From the human T2T-CHM13v2.0 reference genome, Homo sapiens, in the NCBI RefSeq assembly GCF_009914755.1, contig NC_060926.1: a stretch of 64,000 bases of DNA. The stretch is one strand, 5' to 3'. Positions 27,482 through 39,848 of the stretch are shown in pieces. The notes below the pieces were generated by a model. The model had not been told where the DNA came from and did no database searches. It saw only the letters and a program-made list of their open reading frames with translations. The stretch's first letter is position 1. Every line of letters starts with the position of its first letter. The position numbers and the translations under genes are program-made.

Positions 27482-29707
27482 CAAAAGAAATATCACATCC
27501 ATCCTGTCTGCAATTAAGACTTTCTGGATCTCTTAGGCCCGGCTTAATGGAATATCTACAAGATATTTTAAAACTCAGAGTTTTTTTGCACCAATCTCTC
27601 AAGAGTTGGAACCAGTCAATGTGCTTTGTAAAGTACTGAAAAGGCAAAGCATGGAGAAGGGGATGCTTGCTTGTGCCTGGAGTTTTATACAGGATGCTTT
27701 CCATATCATTTCACCACTTGCACCTGTACCAGAATATTTACGGTATTATCCTTGGTTGGAAAGGGAATGCATAAAATTTTTAACTGAATATTTTAAGAAA
27801 CTAACTCCTAATCTCAATCTTATATATCTATATGATACACTCCAAGTGGGCATATTGTCCTTTGGATGGAAGAGCATAATGACCTAATGCAAATGAGACG
27901 GAGGCTAGGGTAGTATGTTGAGGATAGTTCATTCCTTTTCTGAAAGATGAGAAAGTAGAATTAGTCCCGGGGCCCACTCCCACGCCTGCTTTGTCTCCTG
28001 GGAATATCAAATTCATATTGATTGTTCTCTGATGCATAATTTGCATGGCTAAAATGGAAACACGTTCATCAATTTAAGCCCTGGCTTGCCATAATGTGTT
28101 CCTTTTTGAATACAGTGTACATTACTTGGAAGCAACACTAGTTGCATCATAAATATTTCAGCTGCCAGTGTTTGGGACTTGTTTCTTTGACCTGGCTGTA
28201 AGTCAGTCAATAAGTAATAACAATGGTTTGGTCTTTAGAGTTTGAGGAGTACTGACAATCTACATGATTAAAATTCATAAGATAAGTTTTTATCAAAATA
28301 ACACTTCACCAACAAAGGAAAGGCATTGATCAGCCCCCAACATGTATAATAACCACTTTCAATGGAGGCTCGCCTTTCAATTCTAATGGACATTGCTGAG
28401 CTCAGGGTTGAATGATGAGGCCATTGTGCCTTTTTCCATTAGGTCCATGGGGAATCCATTTGCAAGAGAACAGTCAATTTTGGATCACAGATCATTAGAA
28501 CTGGAAGGAATAATAGAAATCTTCTAGCTCAAAGCTGTCATTTCATAGATAAGGAAACTGAAATTCAGAGAATTGAACTGATTTGCCCAAGGTTACACAA
28601 TTATTTAAAGCACTCAGATCTCCTGGTTGTTAGGTCAGGGCTGTTCATGAATGCAGCTGACCCATATCAAGCAAAGCCCTTGGGACCTCTCAGTTTAGCA
28701 GTCCATTACCCCTCCTACCAGTGTATTTTTGGGTCTTTACCCAAAACGCGGTGGAAATGAGCTAACCAAACGAAGGAAGCAAAGAGTCTCTACTACTTGT
28801 CATTCATTCATTAAACAAAACAGACATTGAGCCTACTATGTGGCAAGTATTTAAATAATTAAATTCCCCAGGAACCATGAACCCTCCTACTGGAACTTCA
28901 AAACTCATCTCTCAACAGTCTCCTAGGAGTCTTCAGCACCATCCAGGTTGTTCTCTGCTGAGTCTACCTCAAGAGTAATGCCTATATGCCTCTGTCAGAG
29001 GCAGCCCTGCCAGATGCCACCAACAAGAGGATAAAACTGAGCACTTCGTAAGATTAAAAAAAAAGTTTGAACATGCAGGTGCAATGCCAGGTGCTTTCAT
29101 ATCCACGTTCTCATCTAGTTTTGGCAGCAACACAGTCAAATATTACCCCCTCTCCCAATCTTTTTCCTGAAAACATAAAAATACAGAAGTTTGGGAAAAT
29201 TTTATGAAGTCAATTCAAGGTCACGGTGGTTTAAAAAAAAAAAAAGCTAGAGCTAAGATTTGAATACAGGTATGTTTAACACCAAAAGCAACACAAGCTT
29301 CTCCCTTATGCCAATATGACTGAGGAACTGTGACAAGAGCAGCCAGCTAGACAGACCTGGGTAACTCTGACCCTTAAAGAAGTAACAGTGGAGTCCATTT
29401 GGTCACCTTACCTCCCACTTGTTAACTACGTAATTTTCCACCTTTGTCTTAAGGATTTTTATTTTTCTGTATAAGACATGGCTTTCATAATGCTAAGATT
29501 TGGTTTGAGTATAACTTTGGTCGAAAAAATGATAGGAAGAAGCAAAGAAGGCACTGTAAGCACATCTGGAGAACTTTTCCTGGAAATGAAAGAAAAAGGC
29601 AAGATACAAATATTATAAAACCATTGGGAAGACTGGAACTCCTTAGAAATTCCAGTATCAAGCAAATGATACTGGAATTTAAGTATCATTCCAGTATCAT
29701 TTTAAGA

Positions 29708-29855
29708 TTTGGGTCTTTACCCAAAACACAGTGGAAATGAGCTAACCAATAAAGGAAACAAAGAGTCTCTACTACTTGGCATTCATTCATTAAATAAAAT
29801 AGATATTGAGCCTACCGTGTGCCATGTATTCAAATACTTCAATTCCCCAGGAACC
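29708..29855 (+). repeat. Local duplicate of 28728-28876
   Basis: TTTGGGTCTTTACCCAAAAC...AATTCCCCAGGAACC at both sites, ~88% identical by hand count. Confidence 0.95.
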
Positions 29856-30932
29856 TTACTGATAAAATTCTTACTGATAAATGTCAGCTGATATTGCCAC
29901 ATGCTCCTGTCTGAGAAAGGCACGGTGCACTGGCAGAGGGGAGGCAAGAACCCTTGAGAGCGGGAACCCCCTGCTTCCTAATCACTTCCCAGTTCTCTCT
30001 GCCTATTCCCCAGGGGACTGGTTTTATAACGTCATCATCTTTAAGCCAATACCTTTGCATCAAATTATTACCTCCAAACTCTTCTCCTACATCATTTTCA
30101 TTAGCCCCTTTAAATTAATCTGATTCAACTGAAGCTATTAACAGAGAGACAGCAGGTATCAAGAGTTCATCTTCTACTGGGTATCATGAGGCCTTTGAGA
30201 AAAGCCCCTTTCAACAGAGGCCAGTTTTTTTGCTATCATATTGATGTTCGCTCATCAGCTGATAACTCTCTCTTAGCCCATCAAGTTTGGCTTTTAATGG
30301 CCCAATCGTATCTGTGACCACAATTCAATTTCCACTCTGCACTTGTGGTTCCTTGATACCTCGGAATTCTTTAAACCTGCTTGATTAGCCACCAGAGATA
30401 AATGGCTTAGTCATTTTAAAGTTTTATGAAACATCTGTGCACTGTGATCACAGACCAGCCACAGGAGAAAATGGCTCTGGAATCCTTCCCCTCAAACCAC
30501 TTAGGGAGCACAGGCCCGAAGATCTGTATGACATGGAACTCAGCAGGAGTGACAGAGGTAGTGAGGGGTGCCAAAAGAGGTCAAATCTACAACCAGTCCC
30601 AGGATTTGATTCAAGTGGTGCCCTTTAAGGGAATCAAATGGTGTTGGTGTTTTCTCGGCCAACCATGTGATGCTGCCTTCTAATGGTGGCCTCTTAGAAG
30701 CGGAAATCACTCGATCCATTTTAGTTCTTCCAGAGCTCTTGGGGAGTCTTGGAGGACATGTGAACACTCTACAGCCTCCCAACTTCTTTCCCCCTTTATG
30801 TTTCTCCTTCCTTCCTCATTTTTCTCCCTCCCTTCTTTCTTCTGTCTCTTAGATATGCTGAGTACATCTATTTTTGAACCCCCACGTGGGCCCATGTTTC
30901 TCCAGAGAATCTGTTGGTTTGAACATACGTAA

Positions 30933-31467
30933 TGTGAGAAATAAAAGAGCAGCTTCTGACATTCAGAAGCTGGCCTGACTCACAGGTAGGCCATGTGATT
31001 CTCCCATTAGACACAGAATGCAGAATACCAAGTTCAGACAAGGCTTGTCTGAGATCTTGATAAAATGAGACAAAGCGAGGCCACTTCTAAGTACAGACAA
31101 AGATAAGATCACTGTGTTACCTCCAAAATGCCAAACATCTTCTCTTGACCAAAATGAGTTACTCCTGCTTCTTTACCAAATACAGCTTTATCCTCATTCT
31201 AGTCTTTCTTCTCAACGGAGGTTTATTGAGATACCCAATTATAGAATTGCTGCTACCTAATGACACCATCCAATTCAGAGCAAAGTCCTGCTTCCCTAAG
31301 CCCCACCTCAAATTACCCAACAAAGCCCAAATTCCATAATAGGTTCTTTCTAACACCCTCTTACTGAGACACTCTACATGTTTATTCTTCATGCTACAAT
31401 TAGTAATCAACCAAACTTGTTTAACTATAGATTATCTTTGGTGGTCTCTGGCTGAAGGGCATAGACA
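30933..31467 (+). mobile_element. ERV1 solo LTR, MER90-like
   Basis: TGTGAGAAATAAAAGAGCAG...AGAAGCTGGCCTG...GGTGGTCTCTGGCTGAAGGGCATAGACA (TG...CA ends). Confidence 0.65.
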
Positions 31468-31525
31468 AGCGGCAAAACTAACTCAGATTCAAACAGTCAT
31501 TTATATTTTGAAAAGCTTTTATACC

Positions 31526-32373
31526 CATTATTTTATTCAATCTTCATAACACCACCAATGAGGAAGACCTGCAGGTATTATTATATTAATACTCATTTTC
31601 CAGATTAGGAATTTGCTGCAAATGGTTGAAGGCTATTCTCCCAGATCCCACCTGACCTTCAGAGGGCTGCCTTTAGGAATATGTAGGCGGAGCTAAGAAG
31701 TTCCACTAGTGTCTGCCATCCATTTCTGATCAAAGAACACGAAGCAAATACCTTAGACTGACATTATTTTATTCAATCTTCATAACACCACCAATGAGGA
31801 AGACCTGCAGGTATTATCATATTAATACTCATTTTCCAGATTAGGAAACTGAGGCTCAGTGTAGTTAGATGTAAGTTCAAAGTTCAAACATCTCATAAGT
31901 ATTAGAGTTTGAACCAGGTCATCTTGTTCCATATACAGTGTTTTGTTCACATGAGCTGGTCATAGAAGAAAAATGTCCCATAGCTATTTGTTATTTAGTG
32001 CTGCACTAATTGGAGATTGCAGGTGAGAAGGGAATAAGACTGGTAGCAGGCACCATGACATAGGAAAAACCTGGAATATCTTTCAGAAGCATCAATTTTA
32101 ATCAAATTATTTTGAGAAGACAAGTTTAATATTTTTTTAAAGCATGAGATTCAAACATTTTAAAATTCAAACAAAACTCAAAGAAATGTTCAAATAGAAA
32201 GCAAAGAAATTTGCAGTAATTTGCTGCCAATGGTTGAAGGCTACTCTCCCAGATCCCACCTGACCTTCAGAGGGCTGCCTTTAGGAATATGTAGGTGGAG
32301 CTAAGAAGTTCCACTAGTGTCTGCCATCCATTTCTGATCAAAGAACATGAAGCAAATACCTTAGACTGACATT
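31526..32373 (+). repeat. A-B-A...B local duplication (A ~86 bp, B ~155 bp)
   Basis: A at 31526-31611 and 31762-31847; B at 31610-31765 and 32218-32373. Confidence 0.97.
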
Positions 32374-33132
32374 CTGGCTGTCTTGCTGGGGTGCTGAGAG
32401 CAAACCTGTCCTCAGGGCCATGAGGGTCAATGGAGTAGGTTACAATATCCCCCAGCGTTCCTACTGATTTGGGGAGGAGAGCACTGTGGGCTTGTTCTAT
32501 TATAGATGCCAGTTCTTCCCTAGGGCTCCAGGGGCCACCCATCTTTCTGGAGCTTGGCTATCTCCAGACCAGCCCTGCCTGTGGGACTCCAAGCCAGAAT
32601 CTGACTCCTCTGTAGCCCAGATATTGTTGCTGAGAGAACTGGTGTTGGCTCCAGGTCATTTCAAAATTCAACATTTACCTCGAGGACATCTGCAAGTCCT
32701 GAGAGTACACAGGTCCTTAGGAACTTGAAATCTGACCACCTATCAAGCTTAGAAAAGGCACAGTCTCTTCTCACATCTGGAATTCATCTGGACTCCAGGG
32801 TTTCTAGTACTGAAACAACATGTAGCTGCTTTAAATAAAACAGGTGACAATTGTCAAGGACTGCCTGAGCTGACAAATTATGTATTCTCATATTATTTTA
32901 AAATGTAAAGCACAAACGTGGGTATAAACTCCTTATGCTTATAGCTCTTACTTGACTATTAAAACCAAACAAAAATAATTCAATAATTAATAAAAAATAA
33001 ATATAAATGTATAAAACCATACTGTTTAAATTAACACATCAATTCAATGCGATGGAAGGTGCTATTTGCTGAAACAATATCGCTGCTCACAGGACAGACA
33101 AATAGAGAATAGACGGCTCCTACTCAGGTTCT

Positions 33133-33851
<719 letters not shown>

Positions 33852-33917
33852 CTAATACACATCTTTTCAGATGATTGATATGCCCATGTTACGTAGGTTA
33901 CGTGATGAATCAATTTC

Positions 33918-34214
33918 TTTTTTTTTTTTTTTTTTGAGACGGAGTCTCTGTTGCCAAGTAGCTGGAGTGCAGTGGTGCGATCTCCGCTCACTATAATCTC
34001 TGCCTCCTGGGTTCAAGCAATTCTCCTGCCTCAGCCTCCTGAGTAGCTGGGATTACAGGCATCTGCCACCACACCCAGCTAATTTTTGTATTTTTAGTAG
34101 AGACAGGGTTTCACCATGTTGGCCAGGCTGGTCTCAAACACCCAACCTCAGGTGATCCGCCTGCCTTGGCCTCCCAAAGTGCTGGGATTACAGGCATAAG
34201 CCACAGTGCCTGGC
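33918..34214 (-). mobile_element. AluSx-like
   Basis: Full dimer; TSD TGATGAATCAATT. Confidence 0.96.
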
Positions 34215-35409
34215 TGATGAATCAATTCTTCTAAGAGTTTTTGGTATGCAACTGCTGCAAACCCTTCTCTTGTCAGGGTCCCCTGCAATCATTTGACCTT
34301 CAAGGGCATGAACCCTTGACAAGTCTACCTTGCTTCTGTCTTTAAGTCTGATAACTATTAAAGCACCACTCTTTGATGCCAAAGTGATCCAGAACACAAG
34401 CCCAAAGGTAGAGGCAAAAATGACTTTCTTTTAGATTATCATCAATATGAGATCATTTAAATTATCATAGAGAACTCACAGATCCTTGTGTATGGACTCT
34501 GATTTGAGGGGCAAGAACATCAGATTTTGTCCATTTCTCGCTCCCTCTTGCCTTTCCTGACTCCTGTGTGCCTCCAGGCTCTGGCTGGCCAAGTCTCCGG
34601 CTTCAATAGCCAACTTGGACTTGGACTTCCCATCACACTCAACCCAGTTTGTCCCTGCAGGCCGGGTCTGGCCATCAGGCTCCAGCATTGCTCACCTGAA
34701 CACTGTAAGAGGTAGTGCTGGCACGCCCTGCTCAGGGGCAGAACCTACTCTAGATCTGTCTATGTCAACTTCAGAGCCAACAAGAATACAGCACATCTGC
34801 TTGGGCCCCTGTGAAGAGCATAGAGCAGGGGTCTCCCTGTGTACCTCACAAAGGAACTCAAAGGCAGAGTGCCATTAAAACCATTTGGCAATCAATCACT
34901 TTAGGTGCCTCTGGGGGAATCACAGAGTGGGCATTAGCCTGCTAGGGCTCGGTGTCACTGTAAGGGATGGTGTCTCCCTTAGCAGGGCAGGGCCCGCCCT
35001 GGCTGGGGGACATGTAGGAATGGGGCAGGCATGCAGGGGCCATGAAGGCCTGACTGGCAGGTTGTGGGTGCCTGGGTACCAGGGAAGCTCTTGATCAGTG
35101 CTCATCTGGGATCCCTGAGTCTGGGGAAGCTGAAGAGGTGATGGAGCACTTGTAGGGCTTGGAGAAATGGCTATTTTTCAATTGATCTGGAAATATGTCA
35201 ATGTTTTAATAACCAGCACGATTGTAGCTGTGTATACCACCTTAACATCTGCCCTGGGGTAACAACCATAAAAGGGCCAATTACCTGCTTCCAAGAAGTG
35301 CTTTGGAAGGGGCTGGACATTTCTCAAGACTTTGATTTGGGCATTACAGTTGCATTGAGACTAAGGAGCAACAATGTCTTTCCAAATTGGCAGGAACAGG
35401 ACTATCCAC

Positions 35410-35462
35410 TGTTCCTCTGCAGCCCAGGAATGTTCCTCTGCAGCCCAGGAATGCCCCTCTGC
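35410..35462. repeat. 21-bp tandem repeat, 2.5 copies
   Basis: TGTTCCTCTGCAGCCCAGGAA x2 plus partial TGCCCCTCTGC. Confidence 0.9.
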
Positions 35463-36049
35463 TGCATTCATCTGGCCCATTGTGAGAAGAGTAAAAAGTT
35501 ATGATCATAGGAAAGAAAACAACTTTCAGTTATGTTGTCTTGTAGAGGCACAAATCATTTCCAAACAAGCTAAATTAACACTAATTGAGAAGCAGATGTC
35601 CAAATCCTTCTCTAGAGCTCGCTGGTTTCATCATTAAAATCTTCACAGGAAGCAGGCTCATAGGTGCACCGAAGTGCACCCAAGACCACTAATGACAAAC
35701 CCATATCCTGCCTACCCTCTGGTCTCCTCCGGCAGCCATTCTCTTCCACTCCATTATAATCCTCGTGATAATGACACTTGACCGGTAAAAAGAGCATCTG
35801 TTGGGAGAATGCACTGAATCCAAAAACCTTATGGTACTAGGAGATTTGGGGTGTTAATTACACAAATTGCCCATCAACTCTATTGTTACTTTCTTTCCTC
35901 TGATAAATTAAAAAAAAAAAATGTTGAGACTTCTGAGCATGAATGCGGTTGGGCCAGAAGTTTACCTATAAACATGGATGGGAATCCTTGCTCCTTCACA
36001 ATATCCATAACCACAGAGCTCTGGACAGTAGGCTTTGAGGCAGTGTGGG

Positions 36050-36510
36050 ATGGAGGGAAGTGCACTGTCTGAGAGTATTGGTAAGTGAGACTGGGTTTGA
36101 TTCCAGCTCTGCCACAATGACCTGGCGATCTTCAATATTCTCCCTTGAGTCTTGGGTACTCTCCCTTAGCCTTTCTGAGCCTCTGCTTTTTCACTGGTAA
36201 AAATGGGGATGTAGTACACGTTTTCCAGGCCTGGTTGGTGTCAGGATGCATAAAATAATGAGAGTAAAAGCACACCTAGATCCTAAGCATGTGGGAAGGG
36301 TACGCACCTAAAAACCTTATGCTTAACAGTGAAATGAACTTTCGACTGGGCACTAGGAGATCTGGGATTTTAGTCCTGATTTCTTTGTTGTGAGAACTTG
36401 GACAAGCCCCTTAAGTTTCTGGGTTTCAATTTTTTAATTTGTAAAAACATAGTGTTAGACAAATGATTCTCAATGTCCCTTCCAGGTCGAAGATCTCTGA
36501 TTCTAACTTG
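36050..36510 (+). mobile_element. Two MIR/MIR3 fragments
   Basis: CTGGGTTTGATTCCAGCTCTGCCAC...AAAATGGGGAT; CTTGGACAAGCCCCTTAA...GTCCCTTCCAG. Confidence 0.65.
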
Positions 36511-36765
36511 AAACCTGAAAGGGACAAAGCGTGACTCTACCACTGGGTAAGGTTAATTGCCACATGGTGGCTACAGTGTGATGAAGTTGCAGGGGGTCTG
36601 GGAGCACGTCCTGTGTGTCCTGCTCAAAGGATGACTGTGGAACAGAGAATGAAGGCATCAGCCTTGGGTGACACTAGACATTTGAGGGCGTCCTTTCCCA
36701 TCCCTGTGGCATTTTTAACTAAACTTTCGCTTCTTGCACTTCTCCTCTTTCTCCTTGTTTGCCTC

Positions 36766-37151
36766 TGTAGTGTCACAGGTTACTTAAGGGTCTATGCCTG
36801 CTGCCTGAACCCTGAAGACCAGGCTGTGAGCCAAGGCCATGGTGCCTGCCAGGGAGCAGGTGTCCCTGAGAATGCAAACCTCCCAGAGAGTATCTGAGAA
36901 CCAATGAGGAAAACAGTTCCATTGCATACATACAGTAGGCAAAGAGCCAGAAAATTAGCTTAAAAGCAGCTTAGAGATGGGAGGCGGGCTGGATCTTTAG
37001 AGCTGTTCTGCTGCCGCCCAGGAGTGCCCCGTATGTAAGGCCAAATAAACTCATCTACTTGCCACCGAGTCTTTCTTTGGTCTTTTGGCTCCCTTCCAGT
37101 TTGGGGGAAGGGTTTGTTTGTTTAATACAATTCTGGGTTTTTCTCCTTACA
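36766..37151 (+). mobile_element. Solo LTR (LTR47-like, ERVL class)
   Basis: TG...CA ends, exact 5-bp TSD GCCTC on both sides, AATAAA near 37044. Confidence 0.85.
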
Positions 37152-38119
37152 GCCTCTGCCCTCCTTTGCCCGCTGGCTTTGCTTCTTGCTCCCAATTTCT
37201 CACCCCTTAGGGTGCAGGCCTCCTGGGAGACTGACTGAGGCCCTCAGGATGGTTGGAAAGGGGCTAGTCTCCTGAAATTAACCCACCACTGGCTCACTCA
37301 CCCTTTCACAGGTTGTGGGCATAAACTGAGAATAACTGGAGCTCAGGGCCCATTTAGTAGTGGTGAAAGCAATTGATGGTGAATCAGGAAGGAAGAGGAG
37401 GCTGACGTGTAGCCTTATAAATACAGGAAGTCCTTATGCCCCAGGCACTCTGAGAGGCTTGAGCTCACTGATAGTCATGCTAATAATAACTTCAAACGTA
37501 CCTAGGATGTTTCTTCTGAAGGGCATTCTGCGTTCTCCAGGTTGTAATTTTATTTCTTTTCCTACTGTTTCTACCAGATTGCTCTTGTTATGCCCAATTT
37601 GCAAAAGGAGAAACTGAGTCACAGAAAGTCATATGAATTGGCATTGGTTCTACTGTTTTCTCAAATGTTCACATAAAATAAACTACAGTAGAGAGCAACG
37701 TGATTGCCATCGGAATGTTTATTTAGTCTGCCAGAACAGTCCTACGTGGGGAGGCTTTTGGGGGTAGGACAGAGAGTGAATCGGGAGCTCCATTTATGAA
37801 CTCTCCCCTCTTCTCTTTTATTGCTTGGCTTGAGGTGGTTGAGGGTTATGGGCAGGAACATGAAGGAAACTGAAGAATGTGGAATGATACTGGCTGGTGC
37901 AAGATGCAGGGCAGGCAGGTGGCCAAGTCTGGGCAAACCAAAGGTCACACTGATGTAAAGGACCTGCCCCGTGGGTGCTCACTGGGCATCATGAAATGCT
38001 GGGAGCTAGGTCAGCCCAAGGCTGCCTGATTTGGAAGCTCTTTTGCAAATGAACAGATGAAGATTGAACAAAGGAGGAGTGGGTGCCCAGGAGACAACAG
38101 AGGACTGGGCAAGAACTCC

Positions 38120-38419
38120 CAGGGCTGCGTTATGACTTTTGGGGGCCCTGGGTGCTTTTGCCATTATGGGATCCTTTATACAAAAAAAATTAAAAATTCT
38201 GTTTTACAATTGCATCAGTAATTGAGATAAATATATTAATAGCATATATTAATGCATACAAAGTATATTAATGTCATATATTTAAACCATTTTATTAAAC
38301 TCAAAAGTTCATTTTTTTCTTCTGATTTTTCAAGAAATTAAAAAGTTTCCTTGGGCTCCTAAAAGTACTGTGGCCCTAGGCACTGTGCATTCCTCTTTCT
38401 CACGAATAAGTCGGCCCTG
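38120..38419 (+). mobile_element. ORSL-like hAT-Tip100 MITE
   Basis: CAGGGCTG...GATAAGTCGGCCCTG-type termini; internal AAAAGTTCATTTTTTTCTTCTGATTTT and GGCCCTAGGCACTGTGC. Confidence 0.75.
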
Positions 38420-39070
38420 GAAGTCTCCTCTGCATCCTAGGGCTGCCGGCTATAGTAGCTGACTCCTTGGTCCTGCCCATGCCTGTCCACATACAGGCTT
38501 ACCCAAATTTACAGGATTAGTCTTAGAGCATCAGTTTGGGCATCTAGAGGTTACAGGTGCGTGACTGAAGACACTCAATATCAGAGAGGCCAAGGCCAAG
38601 TTATCAAAGATAAAGGAGCCAGGATTTGAACTCAGCTCTGACTGCTTCCAAAGCCCATTTGGATTTGACTCCTACTTCCCATTGTGTGTCTCCCCTGAGC
38701 CTCTGCCGAAAAGGTCCTGGGTCCTTGGTCCAAAATCTGGCCTGACCTGCACTTGAAACCTTTCTATATAGCTTAGCAAATATGGAAATTAATAATGAGG
38801 CAGAGGTGGGCCAGTGATAGATCACAGGGAGAAAAGTCTAAAAATAAATTTCACACAATGCAATGAAAAAGGTCCCATGGAGATGCACGGAGAAGAAAAG
38901 AAATCATCCCCAGAGGATTAATGTTCTAGTAAACTATAAGCTGCTTATATTTTCACCCCATTACCATAACTTTCAAATAACTGTCTCAAACTATAAAAAG
39001 ACAATTACTTAGGGCCAGATGCATCACAGGCTGGGTAACGCTCTTCCAGAGCCAATAGGGGGTTCCCTCA

Positions 39071-39848
<778 letters not shown>

